A stretch of DNA of 36,364 bases from Chiloscyllium plagiosum. Lineage: Eukaryota. The position numbers and the translations under genes were made by a program. The first letter of the stretch is position 1. Every line of letters begins with the position of its first letter. A model generated the notes under the pieces. The model saw nothing but the letters and a program-made list of their open reading frames with translations. It searched no databases and was not told where the DNA came from. Positions 1 to 10,967 of this stretch are shown piece after piece. The DNA lies in NCBI RefSeq assembly GCF_004010195.1, contig NC_057754.1:6913835-6950198 (forward strand), read 5' to 3'.

Positions 1-1905
1 CTCCCTCAGTACTGACCCTCCGACAGTGCGGCACTCCCTCAGCACTGACCCTCTCACAGTGCGGCACTCCCTCAGTACTGACCCTCCGACAGTGCGGCAC
101 TCCCTCAGTACTGACCCTCCAACAGTGCAGCACTCCCTCAGCACGGACCCTCTGACAGTGCAGCACTCCCTCAGTACTGACCCTCCAACAGTGCAGCACT
201 CCCTCAGCATGGACCCTCCAACAGTGCAGCACTCCCTCACTACTGACCCTCTGACGGTACCGCACTCCCTCAGTACTGACCCTCCGACAGTGCAGCGCTC
301 CCTCAGTACTGACCCTCTCACAGTGCGGCACTCCCTCAGTACTGACCCTCTCACAGTGCGGCACTCCCTCAGAAAGGACCCTCAGACAGTGCGGCGCTCC
401 CTCAGTACTGACTCTCCGACAGTAGTGCACTCCCTCAGTACTGACCCTCTGACAGTACCACACTCCCTCAGTACTGACCCTCCGACAGTAGCGCACTCCC
501 TCAGTACTGACCCTCTGACAGTACCGCACTCCCTCAGTACCGACCCACTGACAGTGCGGCACTCCCTCAGTACTGACCGTCCGACAGTGCGGCACTCCCT
601 CAGTACTGACCCTCCGACAGTACGGCGCTCCCTCAGTATCGACCCTCCGACAGTGCGGCGCTCCCTCAGTACTGACCCTCCGACAGTGCGGCGCTCCCTC
701 AGTACTGACCCACCCACAGTGCGGCACTCCCTCAGTACTGACCCTCCCACAGTGCGGCACTCCCTCAGTACGGACCTTCTGACAGTACCGCACTCCCTCA
801 GTACTGACCCTCCGACAGTGCAGCGCTTCCTCAGTACTGACCCTCCGACAGTGCGGCACTCCCTCAGTACTGACACTCCGACAGTGCGGCACTCCCTCAG
901 CACGGACCCTCTGACAGTGCAGCGCTCCCTCACTACTGACCCTCCAACAGTGCAGCACTCCCTCAGTACTGACCCTCCGACAGTGCAGCACTCCCTCAGT
1001 ACTGACCCTCCCACAGTGCGGCGCTCCCTCAGTACTGACCCTCCCACAGTGCGGCACTCCCTCAGTTCTGCCCCTCTGACAGTGCGGCACTCCCTCAGTT
1101 CTGCCCTCTGACAGTGCGGCACTCCCTCAGTTCTGCCCCTCTGACAGTGCGGCACTCCCTCAGTTGTGCCCTCTGACAGTGCGGCACTCCCTCAGTAAGG
1201 ACCCTCAGACATTGCGGCACTCCCTCAGCTCAGACAGTGCGGCACTCCCTCAGCACTGACCCTCTGACAGTGTGGCGCTCCCTCAGTACTGACCCTCCGA
1301 CAGTACCGCACTCCCTCAGTACTGACCCTCCGACAGTAGTGCACTCCCTCAGTACTGACCCTCCGACAGTAGCGCACTCCCTCAGTACTGACCCTCTGAC
1401 AGTGCGGCACTCCCTCAGTACTGACCCTCTGACAGTGCAGCGCTCCCTCAGTACTGACCCTCCGACAGTGTGGCACTCCCACAGTACTGACCCTATGTCA
1501 GTGCGGCACTCCCTCAGTACTGACCCTCCGACAGTACCACACTCCCTCAGTACTGACCCTCCGACAGTGCGGCACACCCTCAGTACTGACCCTCTGACAG
1601 TGCGGCACTCCCTCAGTACTGACCCTCTGAACAGTGCGTGCTCCCTCAGTACTGACCCTCCGACAGTGTGGCACTCCCACAGTACTGACCCTCCGACAGT
1701 GCAGCGCTCCTTCAGTACTGACTTTCCGACAGTGTGGCACTCCCACAGTACTGACCCTCCGACAGTGCGTGCTCCCTCAGTACTGACCCTCTGACAGTGC
1801 GGCACTCCCTCAGTACTAACCCTCCGACAGTACCACACTCCCTCAGTACTGACCCTCCGACAGTGCGGCACTCCCTCAGTACTGACCCTCCGACAGTGCG
1901 GCACT
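1..1905. repeat. 33-bp minisatellite array (runs off the window start), in PYG intron 2
   Basis: Unit ACTCCCTCAGTACTGACCCTCCGACAGTGCGGC, roughly 57 imperfect copies. It produces the (HSLSTDPPTVR)n and (TVGGSVLRECR)n ORFs. Confidence 0.97.
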
Positions 1906-1949
1906 TGACAGAACAGGATGGCGGTGTGGGCAAAAGGGAGGAAGGGAGA

Positions 1950-2126
1950 ACGAGAGAGGGAGAGAGAGAGAGAGAGATAGAGAGAGCATTTTGGACAGGC
2001 GACAGCTGGAATGATATCACACTTGACAAACAATTAACCTTCGACAGATTAAAGCTGCCAACCCACTTGTACATTGGCCTTTGTTGAGTTTTGACTCCTT
2101 GTCTTCTCAAGTGATTGCTACAACCG

Positions 2127-2165
<39 letters not shown>

Positions 2166-2422
2166 GCGGCTATTGGACTTTCAACTCATCACTCACGGAG
2201 GGAGGTGGTGAGGGGTGCTGGCTGGGGGATTATTCCACTGGCACTCTCGAACTCTGACCCCTGAGAAAACCATCTTGCAGCTCCGGAGAGAGCTTCCCAG
2301 AACGGCGCTACCATATTGTCCGGGCACCTGCCCGGCTGCCAAAATAAGTCTTCCCGTTTTCTTTTGGAAACGTTAAGGTCGGGTCGGGTTGGGGGAGCGA
2401 TCTCTCTCTCTCTCTCTCTCTC
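1950..2422. repeat. Three short (GA)n/(TC)n microsatellites
   Basis: Tracts at about 1950-1987, 2127-2165 and 2401-2422, separated by unique sequence. Confidence 0.85.
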
Positions 2423-2470
2423 CGAACTGTGACGGTTGTGGAGGGTTGCGGCAGAGATGGGGCTGGGGGT

Positions 2471-2930
2471 NNNNNNNNNNNNNNNNNNNNNNNNNNNNNN
2501 NNNNNNNNNNNNNNNNNNNNNNNNNNNNNNNNNNNNNNNNNNNNNNNNNNNNNNNNNNNNNNNNNNNNNNNNNNNNNNNNNNNNNNNNNNNNNNNNNNNN
2601 NNNNNNNNNNNNNNNNNNNNNNNNNNNNNNNNNNNNNNNNNNNNNNNNNNNNNNNNNNNNNNNNNNNNNNNNNNNNNNNNNNNNNNNNNNNNNNNNNNNN
2701 NNNNNNNNNNNNNNNNNNNNNNNNNNNNNNNNNNNNNNNNNNNNNNNNNNNNNNNNNNNNNNNNNNNNNNNNNNNNNNNNNNNNNNNNNNNNNNNNNNNN
2801 NNNNNNNNNNNNNNNNNNNNNNNNNNNNNNNNNNNNNNNNNNNNNNNNNNNNNNNNNNNNNNNNNNNNNNNNNNNNNNNNNNNNNNNNNNNNNNNNNNNN
2901 NNNNNNNNNNNNNNNNNNNNNNNNNNNNNN
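2471..2930. other. Assembly gap (460 N)
   Basis: Run of N. The same 24-mer TGCGGCAGAGATGGGGCTGGGGGT lies on both sides. Confidence 0.99.
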
Positions 2931-3383
2931 TGCGGCAGAGATGGGGCTGGGGGTTGGGTGGGGGGGGCGGGGGGGGAGGGTGCGCGCTGATGTTAAATCC
3001 CAGCTGTGAGGAAGTGGGGGGGGGGGTGGTGTTGCGGGTTTGGCCCGGGGTCAATGTTCTCTCCCCCAGCTCCTCCTCCTCCGCCACCCACCTCCCTCCC
3101 TCCTCAGCGAGGGGAAGGACCTGGTATCGATCTGAACGTACGCTTTCATAACGCAGGAGAACGGGGGTGCGCACAGCAAGATCCCGCCAGCCCACGCCAC
3201 GCGCGAGTAACCCAGGACGTCGACCCTTCAGCCCACCCAGCCTGTGTTGACCCATGGGAGCATTTCAAGGCTGGAATACCCTTTGCCTCCACACTGTCTG
3301 TGTCTCACTGTTCCCCCGCCCAGAATCCCTCCAGTGTGGAAGCAAGTCGTTTGGCCGATCGTGTCGAAACTGTCCCTCTGAAA

Positions 3384-3594
3384 TGGCCAACCCACCCTAA
3401 CCTGCACATCCCTGGTCACTATGGGACAATTTAGCACGGCCAGTCCACCCTAACCTGCACATCCCTGGGCACTATGGGACAAATTAGCACGGCTAACCCA
3501 CCCTAACCTACACATCCCTGGACACTATGGGACAATTTAGCACGGCCAATCCACCCTAACCTGCACATCCCTGGGCACTATCGGGATAATTTAG
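3384..3594 (-). repeat. 53-bp tandem repeat (~4 copies) derived from an internal HE1-type SINE segment
   Basis: CCACCCTAACCTGCACATCCCTGG recurs, with small variations, at 3392, 3445, 3498 and 3551 (period 53). Its reverse complement matches the SINE body seen at ~36145-36198. Confidence 0.9.
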
Positions 3595-4187
3595 CTGGAA
3601 TTCCTCTGCAGTTCTGGCAGCATCTGGTGAGGGAAAATCCGAGTTCGCGTTTCAGGTTGAGTGATGCTCCCTCCGAGTTAGTCATGTCTGTCCACGGAGC
3701 TAATCCCCTCCGAACCAGGCAACATCCAGATTACAGCGTTTCTGTCCCCTCTCGGATTTTCACAACAGATTTTACCGACACGCAGTGTGGACCAGGTATT
3801 CCCAATGGCCACGTTTGACTGGCTTTCCCGTTCTGGGCAACCGTCCGAAAGGACTCCCAAACATTTTCTCCGTGATTTTGTAATCCTTGGGATGGTTGCC
3901 TTGAGCCGGGAAGGCGTCTCTGAGCTCCAGTCAAAGCAAAATAAAAAGCCTCATGTTCACTTTCTCCTTCAGTGACTGAGGTGAGGTGCTGGAAATTGCA
4001 AAACGTTGTCAAGTGGTTAGAGGCATTGACACACACACACACCCACGGTGCTGTTGAGGTTTCAGTACTGGCCCCAGGGCATTCAGGGAACAACTCTCAC
4101 TCACTGTCGCTCAGACAAACCATGCTCGCTGACACAGCCACTCAGAACTCGGAGATAAATACCTCACCTGAAAGACCCTGCATTCAC

Positions 4188-4946
4188 TGCGGTGCTCCCT
4201 CAGTACTGACCCTCCGACAGTGTGGCACTCCCTCAGTACTGACCCACAGTGCGGCACTCCCTCTGTACTGACCATCTGACTGTGCAGCACCCATTCAGTA
4301 TTGACCCTCCGACAGTGCGGCACTCCCTCAATACTGACCCTCTGACAGAGCAACACTCCTTCAGCACTGAACCTCTGACAGTGCAGCACTCCCTCAGTAC
4401 TTACCCTCCGACAGTGCGGCACCCCCTCAGTCCTGACCCTCCGACAGTGCAGCACTCACTCATCACTGACCTTCTGACAGTGCGGCACTCTCTGAGCACT
4501 GACCCTCCGACAGTGCGGCACTCCCTCAGTACTGACCCTCCGACAGTGCAGCACTCCCTCAGCACTGACCCTCCAAAGGTGCTGCACTCCCTCAGCACAG
4601 ACCCTCCGACAGTGCGGCACCCCCTCAGCACTGACCCTTCAACAGTGCGGCACTCCATCAGCACTGACCCTCTGACAGTATGGCACTCCCTCAGCATTGA
4701 CCCTCTGACTGTGCGGCACTCCCTCAGTACTGACCCTCCGACTGTGCTGCACTCCCTCAGTACTGACCCTCCGACAGTCTGGCTCTCCCTCAGTACTGAC
4801 ACTCCGACAGTGCGGAATTTCCTCAGTACTGACTCTCCGACAGTGCGGCACTCCCTCAGTACTGACCCTCCGACAGTGCGGCACTCCCTCAGTACTGACC
4901 CTCTGACAGTGCGACACGCCCGCAGTACTGACCCTCCGACAGCGCA
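4188..4946. repeat. Second, more diverged 33-bp minisatellite array
   Basis: Same unit as 1-1905, roughly 23 copies. Confidence 0.96.
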
Positions 4947-5932
4947 TTGTGTCTAACTGAGCGCATTCCTATATGAATGAGGTAGTGCTGGCTCAGATGG
5001 TAGGCTGGCCTAATGTTCCCTCCTAATCCTGCCTTCCACCTCTGGAAGTGATTTCGGATCGCAGGACTGGGATGAAAAGAGAAGGAACACAGAGACGCAG
5101 AATCCCGGTGAGATCATCTGATCTTTGGCAGCGTTCCCTGAGTTGGCCTGTTTTGGTCACTTGGCCTTTGTCTGAATCAGTGGGGAATTTGTGAAATGTA
5201 AACTCAGAACCAGTGCCTGCTCAATTCCCTCTCTGCTCCAGCTCAGTTATTCTTGTTTCTCCGCCTGGGAAGCGAGCGGGTCCCAGCCAGCCTGAAATCC
5301 CAGGCCTAATGATCCTCTCTCTGCTGCTCCCCCCTCAGCCCCGGCAAACTGGGTTGTGATCTTTCTGTGCGCCTGATCAGCTGCATTGGCGCTTCCTCCA
5401 TCACAAAAAGAATTTATGGCACTTCCCCGCCGAGTCCTCCGTTGGCGAACTGGTAAAAGGCACTACGTAAATGCAATTCCTCCCTCCCAAGCTCTTTTCA
5501 CAACAAGACAGTGGGATTGGCGGGATTGTGGGTTGACTAGATGATCACCCAGCGCAGAGGAGTGGCCCAGGACTGAGATCCAAGCCGGTGAAACGCCACC
5601 CTCGTCAGGCCATCCCATCCGGTGTCTCCCTGGATACGGGGCCTACACGATTCAGTCATCCTTTCAGACCGAAGGAGGAGGAACAGAGCGCCTGCATAAT
5701 CTCCCACAAGGCAACTGATGTCCCAAGTTGACGTCACTGCCAAACAGAGGGCTAGCGAAGGGGTCGTCTTGCAGGAAATTGGCAGCCATTTTGTGAGCAG
5801 CAAGCTCTCACTGACCGCCCCTTCCCCAAACGTGGCGGCACAGTGGGAGGCCTGTTAATCAGGGAGGCCCTGCAGCCAGAGGAGAAGTCCCCAAGAACCC
5901 AGTGGTCAGACGGGAAAGCTCAGGGCCTAGGC

Positions 5933-6507
5933 TGCAGGTTCAGTCATAATAGGAGGGCCGGGTGATAATGAAGGAGGAGGAGACCTGAGGGCCTAGTGAA
6001 TGGAGGGAAGCCTGAGGGTCCAGTGGTAATGAAGGGAAGCCTGAGGGCCCATTGATAATGGAGGGAGGCCGAAGGGCCCAGCAATAATGGAAGGATGTGA
6101 GAGTGCCCAGTGATAACAGAGGGAGGCCTGAGGGCCCAATGATATCAGAGGGAGAACTGAGGGCCCAATGATAACAGAGGGAGGACTGAGGGCCCAGCGA
6201 TAATGGTGCAGGTTCAGTCATAATAGGAGGGCCGGGTGATAATGAAGGAGGAGGAGACCTGACGGCCTAGTGAATGGAGGGAAGCCTGAGGGTCCAGTGG
6301 TAATGAAGGGAAGCCTGAGGACCCATTGATAATGGAGGGAGGCCGAAGGGCCCAGCAATAATGGAAGATGTGAGAGTGCCCAGTGATAACAGAGGGAGGC
6401 CTGAGGGCCCAGTGATAACAGAGGGAGGCCTGAGGGCCCAATGATAACAGAGGGAGGACTGAGGGCCCAATGATAACAGAGGGAGGACTGAGGGCCCAGC
6501 GATAATG
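5933..6507. repeat. Higher-order tandem repeat: 274-bp duplication built from ~29-bp subunits
   Basis: TGCAGGTTCAGTCATAATAGGAGGG starts at both 5933 and 6207. Subunit is approximately GAGGGAGGCCTGAGGGCCCAATGATAACA. Confidence 0.92.
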
Positions 6508-6961
6508 GATGGAGACAATGAGGACCTGCAAAACACACGCAATGCCTAAAACCCAGGAAGTGGTGAACTGAAGCAAGCTGTTCCAATTCCACTTCCCCAC
6601 TGGCCAGCTTCTGCTTGTTACTCAACAGTTTCTCAATTCCCCTTTTCACTGGGGGGTCGAAGTCTCCCTGTTTTGGTCAACCACTTCCGAAGGACGTCTG
6701 AGGTACAACACTGACTGTAGCCAGCTCACACTGTCCCTGAAAGGGACAGCGAGAGGATTGTTATGTCGAGAATGCGAGAAACCTCCATTTGCTTGCTGCC
6801 CGGTTTCACTCAGCGGCAGGATTTGGAAATACCTGACAATCCGTCAGACCCACAGAGGGTGACCATACCCAGCAAAGAGTCACAGTCAATCATCAGCCCA
6901 CCATCCTCTCAAAGAAAACGCCATTCTCATTCCTCACTGTGCAACTTTACTGTCCTCAACG

Positions 6962-7078
6962 CTGTCCCTATCAAACACTCCCCAGGACAGGGACAGCACG
7001 GGGTCAGATACAGAGTAAAGCTCCCTCTACACTGTCCCCCCATCAAACACTCCCCTGGACAGGGACAGCACGGGGTCA
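6962..7078. repeat. ~70-bp tandem repeat running into a gap
   Basis: CTGTCCC..ATCAAACACTCCCC.GGACAGGGACAGCACGGGGTCA at 6962 and 7032. Confidence 0.85.
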
Positions 7079-7578
7079 NNNNNNNNNNNNNNNNNNNNNN
7101 NNNNNNNNNNNNNNNNNNNNNNNNNNNNNNNNNNNNNNNNNNNNNNNNNNNNNNNNNNNNNNNNNNNNNNNNNNNNNNNNNNNNNNNNNNNNNNNNNNNN
7201 NNNNNNNNNNNNNNNNNNNNNNNNNNNNNNNNNNNNNNNNNNNNNNNNNNNNNNNNNNNNNNNNNNNNNNNNNNNNNNNNNNNNNNNNNNNNNNNNNNNN
7301 NNNNNNNNNNNNNNNNNNNNNNNNNNNNNNNNNNNNNNNNNNNNNNNNNNNNNNNNNNNNNNNNNNNNNNNNNNNNNNNNNNNNNNNNNNNNNNNNNNNN
7401 NNNNNNNNNNNNNNNNNNNNNNNNNNNNNNNNNNNNNNNNNNNNNNNNNNNNNNNNNNNNNNNNNNNNNNNNNNNNNNNNNNNNNNNNNNNNNNNNNNNN
7501 NNNNNNNNNNNNNNNNNNNNNNNNNNNNNNNNNNNNNNNNNNNNNNNNNNNNNNNNNNNNNNNNNNNNNNNNNNNNNN
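7079..7578. other. Assembly gap (500 N)
   Basis: Run of N between two tandem repeats. Confidence 0.99.
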
Positions 7579-7884
7579 ACAGAGAGAGACAGAGACAGAG
7601 AGAGACAGAGACAGAGAGAGACAGAGACAGAGAGAGACAGAGACAGAGAGAGACAGAGACAGAGAGAGACAGAGACAGAGAGAGACAGAGACAGAGAGAG
7701 ACAGAGACAGAGAGAGACAGAGACAGAGAGAGACAGAGACAGAGAGAGACAGAGACAGAGAGAGACAGAGACAGAGAGAGACAGAGACAGAGAGAGACAG
7801 AGACAGAGAGAGACAGAGACAGAGAGAGACAGAGACAGAGAGAGACAGAGACAGAGAGAGACAGAGACAGAGAGAGACAGAGAC

Positions 7885-7915
<31 letters not shown>

Positions 7916-7940
7916 CAGAGACAGAGACAGAGAGACAGAG
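7579..7940. repeat. (AGAGAGAGACAGAGAC)n 16-bp simple repeat
   Basis: Near-perfect 16-mer array that gives the ERDRDRERQRQRETET pseudo-ORFs. Confidence 0.97.
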
Positions 7941-8039
7941 AAGCTTAGGCTAAATTAAGGTGCCTAAACCCTTGCTGTAAAGGCCTCCCTGATGGGACTG
8001 GAAATAGCTACACTTGCTAAGGAACAGCAAATGGGAGAA

Positions 8040-8485
8040 CTCTTGTGGTGCAGCAGTTAAGTTCCTGCCTCTGAGGCCTGGGTTCAAGACCAGCCTGCTC
8101 CAGAGAGGAAGATGTTATATCATCCCTGAACAGGGTGATTAGAGTACAGAAGGGGAGGTGGTGGCATCACTGTAATGGCTCTGGGTGAGAGATACAGAAG
8201 CACAGGCCAGCACTCTGAAGATATGGGCTCAAATCCCAGCCATGGTGGGATGTTAACTCCCTCCAATCTGATGGCCTAATGGTGACCATCTAGTCACTGT
8301 CACTTCTCACAAACACCTATCTGGATTTCTTTAGGGAAGATAATCTGCTCTCCTTACCCATTCTGGCCCACATGTGAGTCCAGACCCACAGCAATGTGGG
8401 TGATCCATAATGCCCTCTTGGCAATTAGGGGTAGATTGTAATTACTGACCCAGCCAGCAATGCCCACATCCCATGGATGAGTAGG
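8040..8485 (+). mobile_element. Degenerate tRNA-derived SINE(s) with a LINE-shared 3' tail
   Basis: B-box-like GGTTCAAGACC and GGCTCAAATCC. The tail GGCAATTAGGG...GCCAGCAATGCCCACATCCCATG resembles the reverse complement of the LINE ends at ~9970 and ~27000. Confidence 0.55.
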
Positions 8486-8889
8486 AAAAGACCAGCAACA
8501 GGGACCCCTGCTGCATCCTCTCTCTCCTGGGTACACTGCGATGGGACGTTCTCTACCTCAGCTGCACTTTGGCTGGAAACAGATTCCCCCTCAATGTGAT
8601 ATCAGTCAACCTTTGCTAACTCATCCCAGATGTGCAATACTTCTCCGGGAATCAAAAGGGAAGGATGCCTCCCTCTGAACTTTCCCCGGTCTACAATCAG
8701 CAAACACCATTTCTGAATATGTTGAGGCCATTTAGTTATGAATCAGAAGGAACAGAGAATGTTCAAGACAGAAGTTGACAGGTCTCTAGATGTCAAAGAA
8801 TGTGGGAAGAGTGCAGGAAAATGGGGCTGAGGCAGGAGATGAGCTGTGGATGGTAAAGCAGGCTTGAGGGGTCAAATAGCCCTCTCTCC

Positions 8890-8926
<37 letters not shown>

Positions 8927-9281
8927 GCGAGATAAAGCAAGTGAGAAAGTGAGTGAGAGCGTGAGCGAGTGACAGAAAGCAAGCGAGCGAGCTGTGGAAG
9001 TTGAAACATCCTGTTGCTACTGACAATGGAGACTTGGACACAATATTGAGAATTCACAGGAACTCGTGGAGCATATTCAGACATGACTTTTAAAATGGAA
9101 TGTGAAGAACATACAGGGCAATAGAGGAAAAACAGCAAGTGGGAAATTAAGAGATTGGAATTAGTTGGCCAAATCTTACAATGGTATATGATGCACATCC
9201 AGGGTCTGGTTTTGAAAAGAATTTGACGCAAATCATCTGTCAAACAGCCAGGGATGTAGGAAGATGCTGCCATGGTGAGTT

Positions 9282-9574
9282 GGGCAGAACGGTGGCACAG
9301 TGGTTAGCACTGTTGCATCACAGTGCAAGAGACCCGGGTTCAATTCCCGCCTCAGGCGACTGACTGTGTGGAGTTTGCACATTCTCCCCGTGTCTGCGTG
9401 GGTTTCCTCCCACAGTCCAAAGATGTGCAGGTTAGGTGAATTGGCCATGCTAAATTGTTAGGTGAAGGGGTAAATGTCGGGGAATGGGTCAGGGTGGGTT
9501 GCGCTTCGGCGGGTCGGTGTGGACTTGTTGGGCCGAAGGGCCTGTTTCCACACTGTAAGTAATCTAAAAAAAAA
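9282..9574 (+). mobile_element. HE1-type tRNA-derived SINE, near full length
   Basis: A-box TGGCACAGTGG (9293-9303) and B-box GGTTCAATTCC (9337-9347). CR1-like tail GGGCCGAAGGGCCTGTTTCCACACTGT followed by TAATCT and an A-run. Related copies at 31047, 34644, 36020 and 36199. Confidence 0.88.
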
Positions 9575-9649
9575 GTCGCAACATCACGGATGGATGGAGG
9601 GAGATGGGGGGGGGGGGAGAATGTTACTCACTAACTCCCCACCTCTTAC

Positions 9650-9751
9650 CTGATAGATGGCTTCATCGCAGGCATTCTGGAGTCCCAGGTTCACCATTGT
9701 GTTCTGCAGCGTGCGACCCATATAAAACTCCAGGGACAGGTAATAAATACG
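9650..9751 (-). CDS. PYGM: Glycogen phosphorylase coding exon 2 (102 nt)
   Basis: Read manually; not in the ORF track. ...ctgcag|CGTATTTAT...ATCTATCAG|gtaaga translates as [34 protein letters not shown]. Phase 0/0 and same length as vertebrate PYG exon 2. The family is certain; the paralog label is less so. Confidence 0.97.
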
Positions 9752-9959
9752 CTGCAGGGTGGAAGAGGAAGGCAGGAAGAGAAAGAAATAACTTCAGCAA
9801 CCGAGGCAAACAAAGACTGGGAAGACCAAAACATGCTAACAATGGGGACAGAACATCCTCCGGATCAGACTGAAATATTTACAAAGACCAGCTGCACAGG
9901 CTAGGCTTGTATACCCTTGAGTGAAAAAGACAAAAGCGTGATACAATGAAGGACTTTTT

Positions 9960-10545
9960 TAAAAATTTATTTGTGGGCATCGTTGGCTGGCCAACATTTC
10001 TTGCCTATCCCCAGTTGCCCTCAAGAAGCTGGTGGAGAGCTGCTTCCTTGATCCATTGCAGTTTATGTGCTGCTGGGTCACCACAGTGCCATTGGCAAGA
10101 TCTGTACCAGTGACAGGAAAGGATCGCTGATAGATTTCCAAGTCAGGATGGCTAGTGGCTTGGTTGTGCCAGTGGTATCTGCTTCCCATGTCCTTCTAGA
10201 AATGAAAGTGGTCATTGGTTGGGAACGTGCTGCCTAAGGATCTTTGGGGAATTCCTGCAGTGCATCTTGTAGATGGTCCACACTGTTGTAACAGAGTGTT
10301 AGTGTTGGAGGGATTTGGTGTTTCTGGGTGTGGTGCCAATCAAACAGGGGCTGCCTTGTCCTGGATGGTGTCAAGTTTCTAGAGTGTTTTTGGAGCTGCT
10401 CTATCCAGGGGCATGTGGGGAGTATTGCTTTCTGACTTGCGCCTTGTCGACAGTAGACTGGCTTTGCAGACTCAGGAGGGGAGTTACTCACTGCAGTATT
10501 CCCAGCCTCTGACCTGCTCCTGTAGCCAGTGTTTACGTGGTGAGT
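9960..10545 (-). mobile_element. Non-LTR retrotransposon (CR1/L2-group) ORF2 3' fragment
   Basis: Broken peptides such as HPDLEIYQRSF on the minus strand. Clearly homologous to 26985-27690 and to shorter pieces at ~21865-21930 and ~33570-33710. Confidence 0.7.
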
Positions 10546-10967
10546 CGTCAAGTGAGAATTTCAAACTAGAAGTTGCTAGATTTTTGAGGGAATTAAAGGT
10601 TACAGAATGGAAACAGATAGACGGTGTTAATTCACTAATCGATTGGCAGAGCAGGCTGAATGGTCTGTCTCTGCACCAACAGCTTGGCTCCTTTCTCCAC
10701 AGCCCTGCTGACTGAACACTGAGCTGGCAGCACACCAGGATACTGCGTCGGTTATGGGAGGGGAGGGAATTCCCTATTGCAATCATAGGGGGCAGCTAGG
10801 GTCTCTTCAGCCTTCAATGCAGCTAACCCACAGATACCATTCCTGAAGCTGAATGGCATGACTTGTTGGTGAGACAGGCAGATATGGGGGAAGGAAGAAC
10901 AGGAAGCTGCACAGGCAGAGTGAGCCCCTCAGTCACTCAACCTGTAAATGCTGTTCAATACTGTATA

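Noticed and set aside
26..1111. 361-aa ORF (HSLSTDPPTVR)n and similar ORFs on both strands to 4956
   Set aside because: Consequence of a 33-bp unit with stop-free frames. It is intronic, has no unique domain, and lacks a true ATG start (GTG).
3060..3110. EEEELG stretch as PYG exon 3
   Set aside because: It lacks [14 protein letters not shown] and suitable splice sites.
2308..3255. Long ORFs spanning N-runs (also 6763-7958 and 29181-30008)
   Set aside because: Their length comes from the gaps, and the flanking peptides are low-complexity or antisense to exon 1.
9293..9350. tRNA gene
   Set aside because: The A and B boxes belong to the SINE head. There is no cloverleaf, and the sequence continues into the SINE body.
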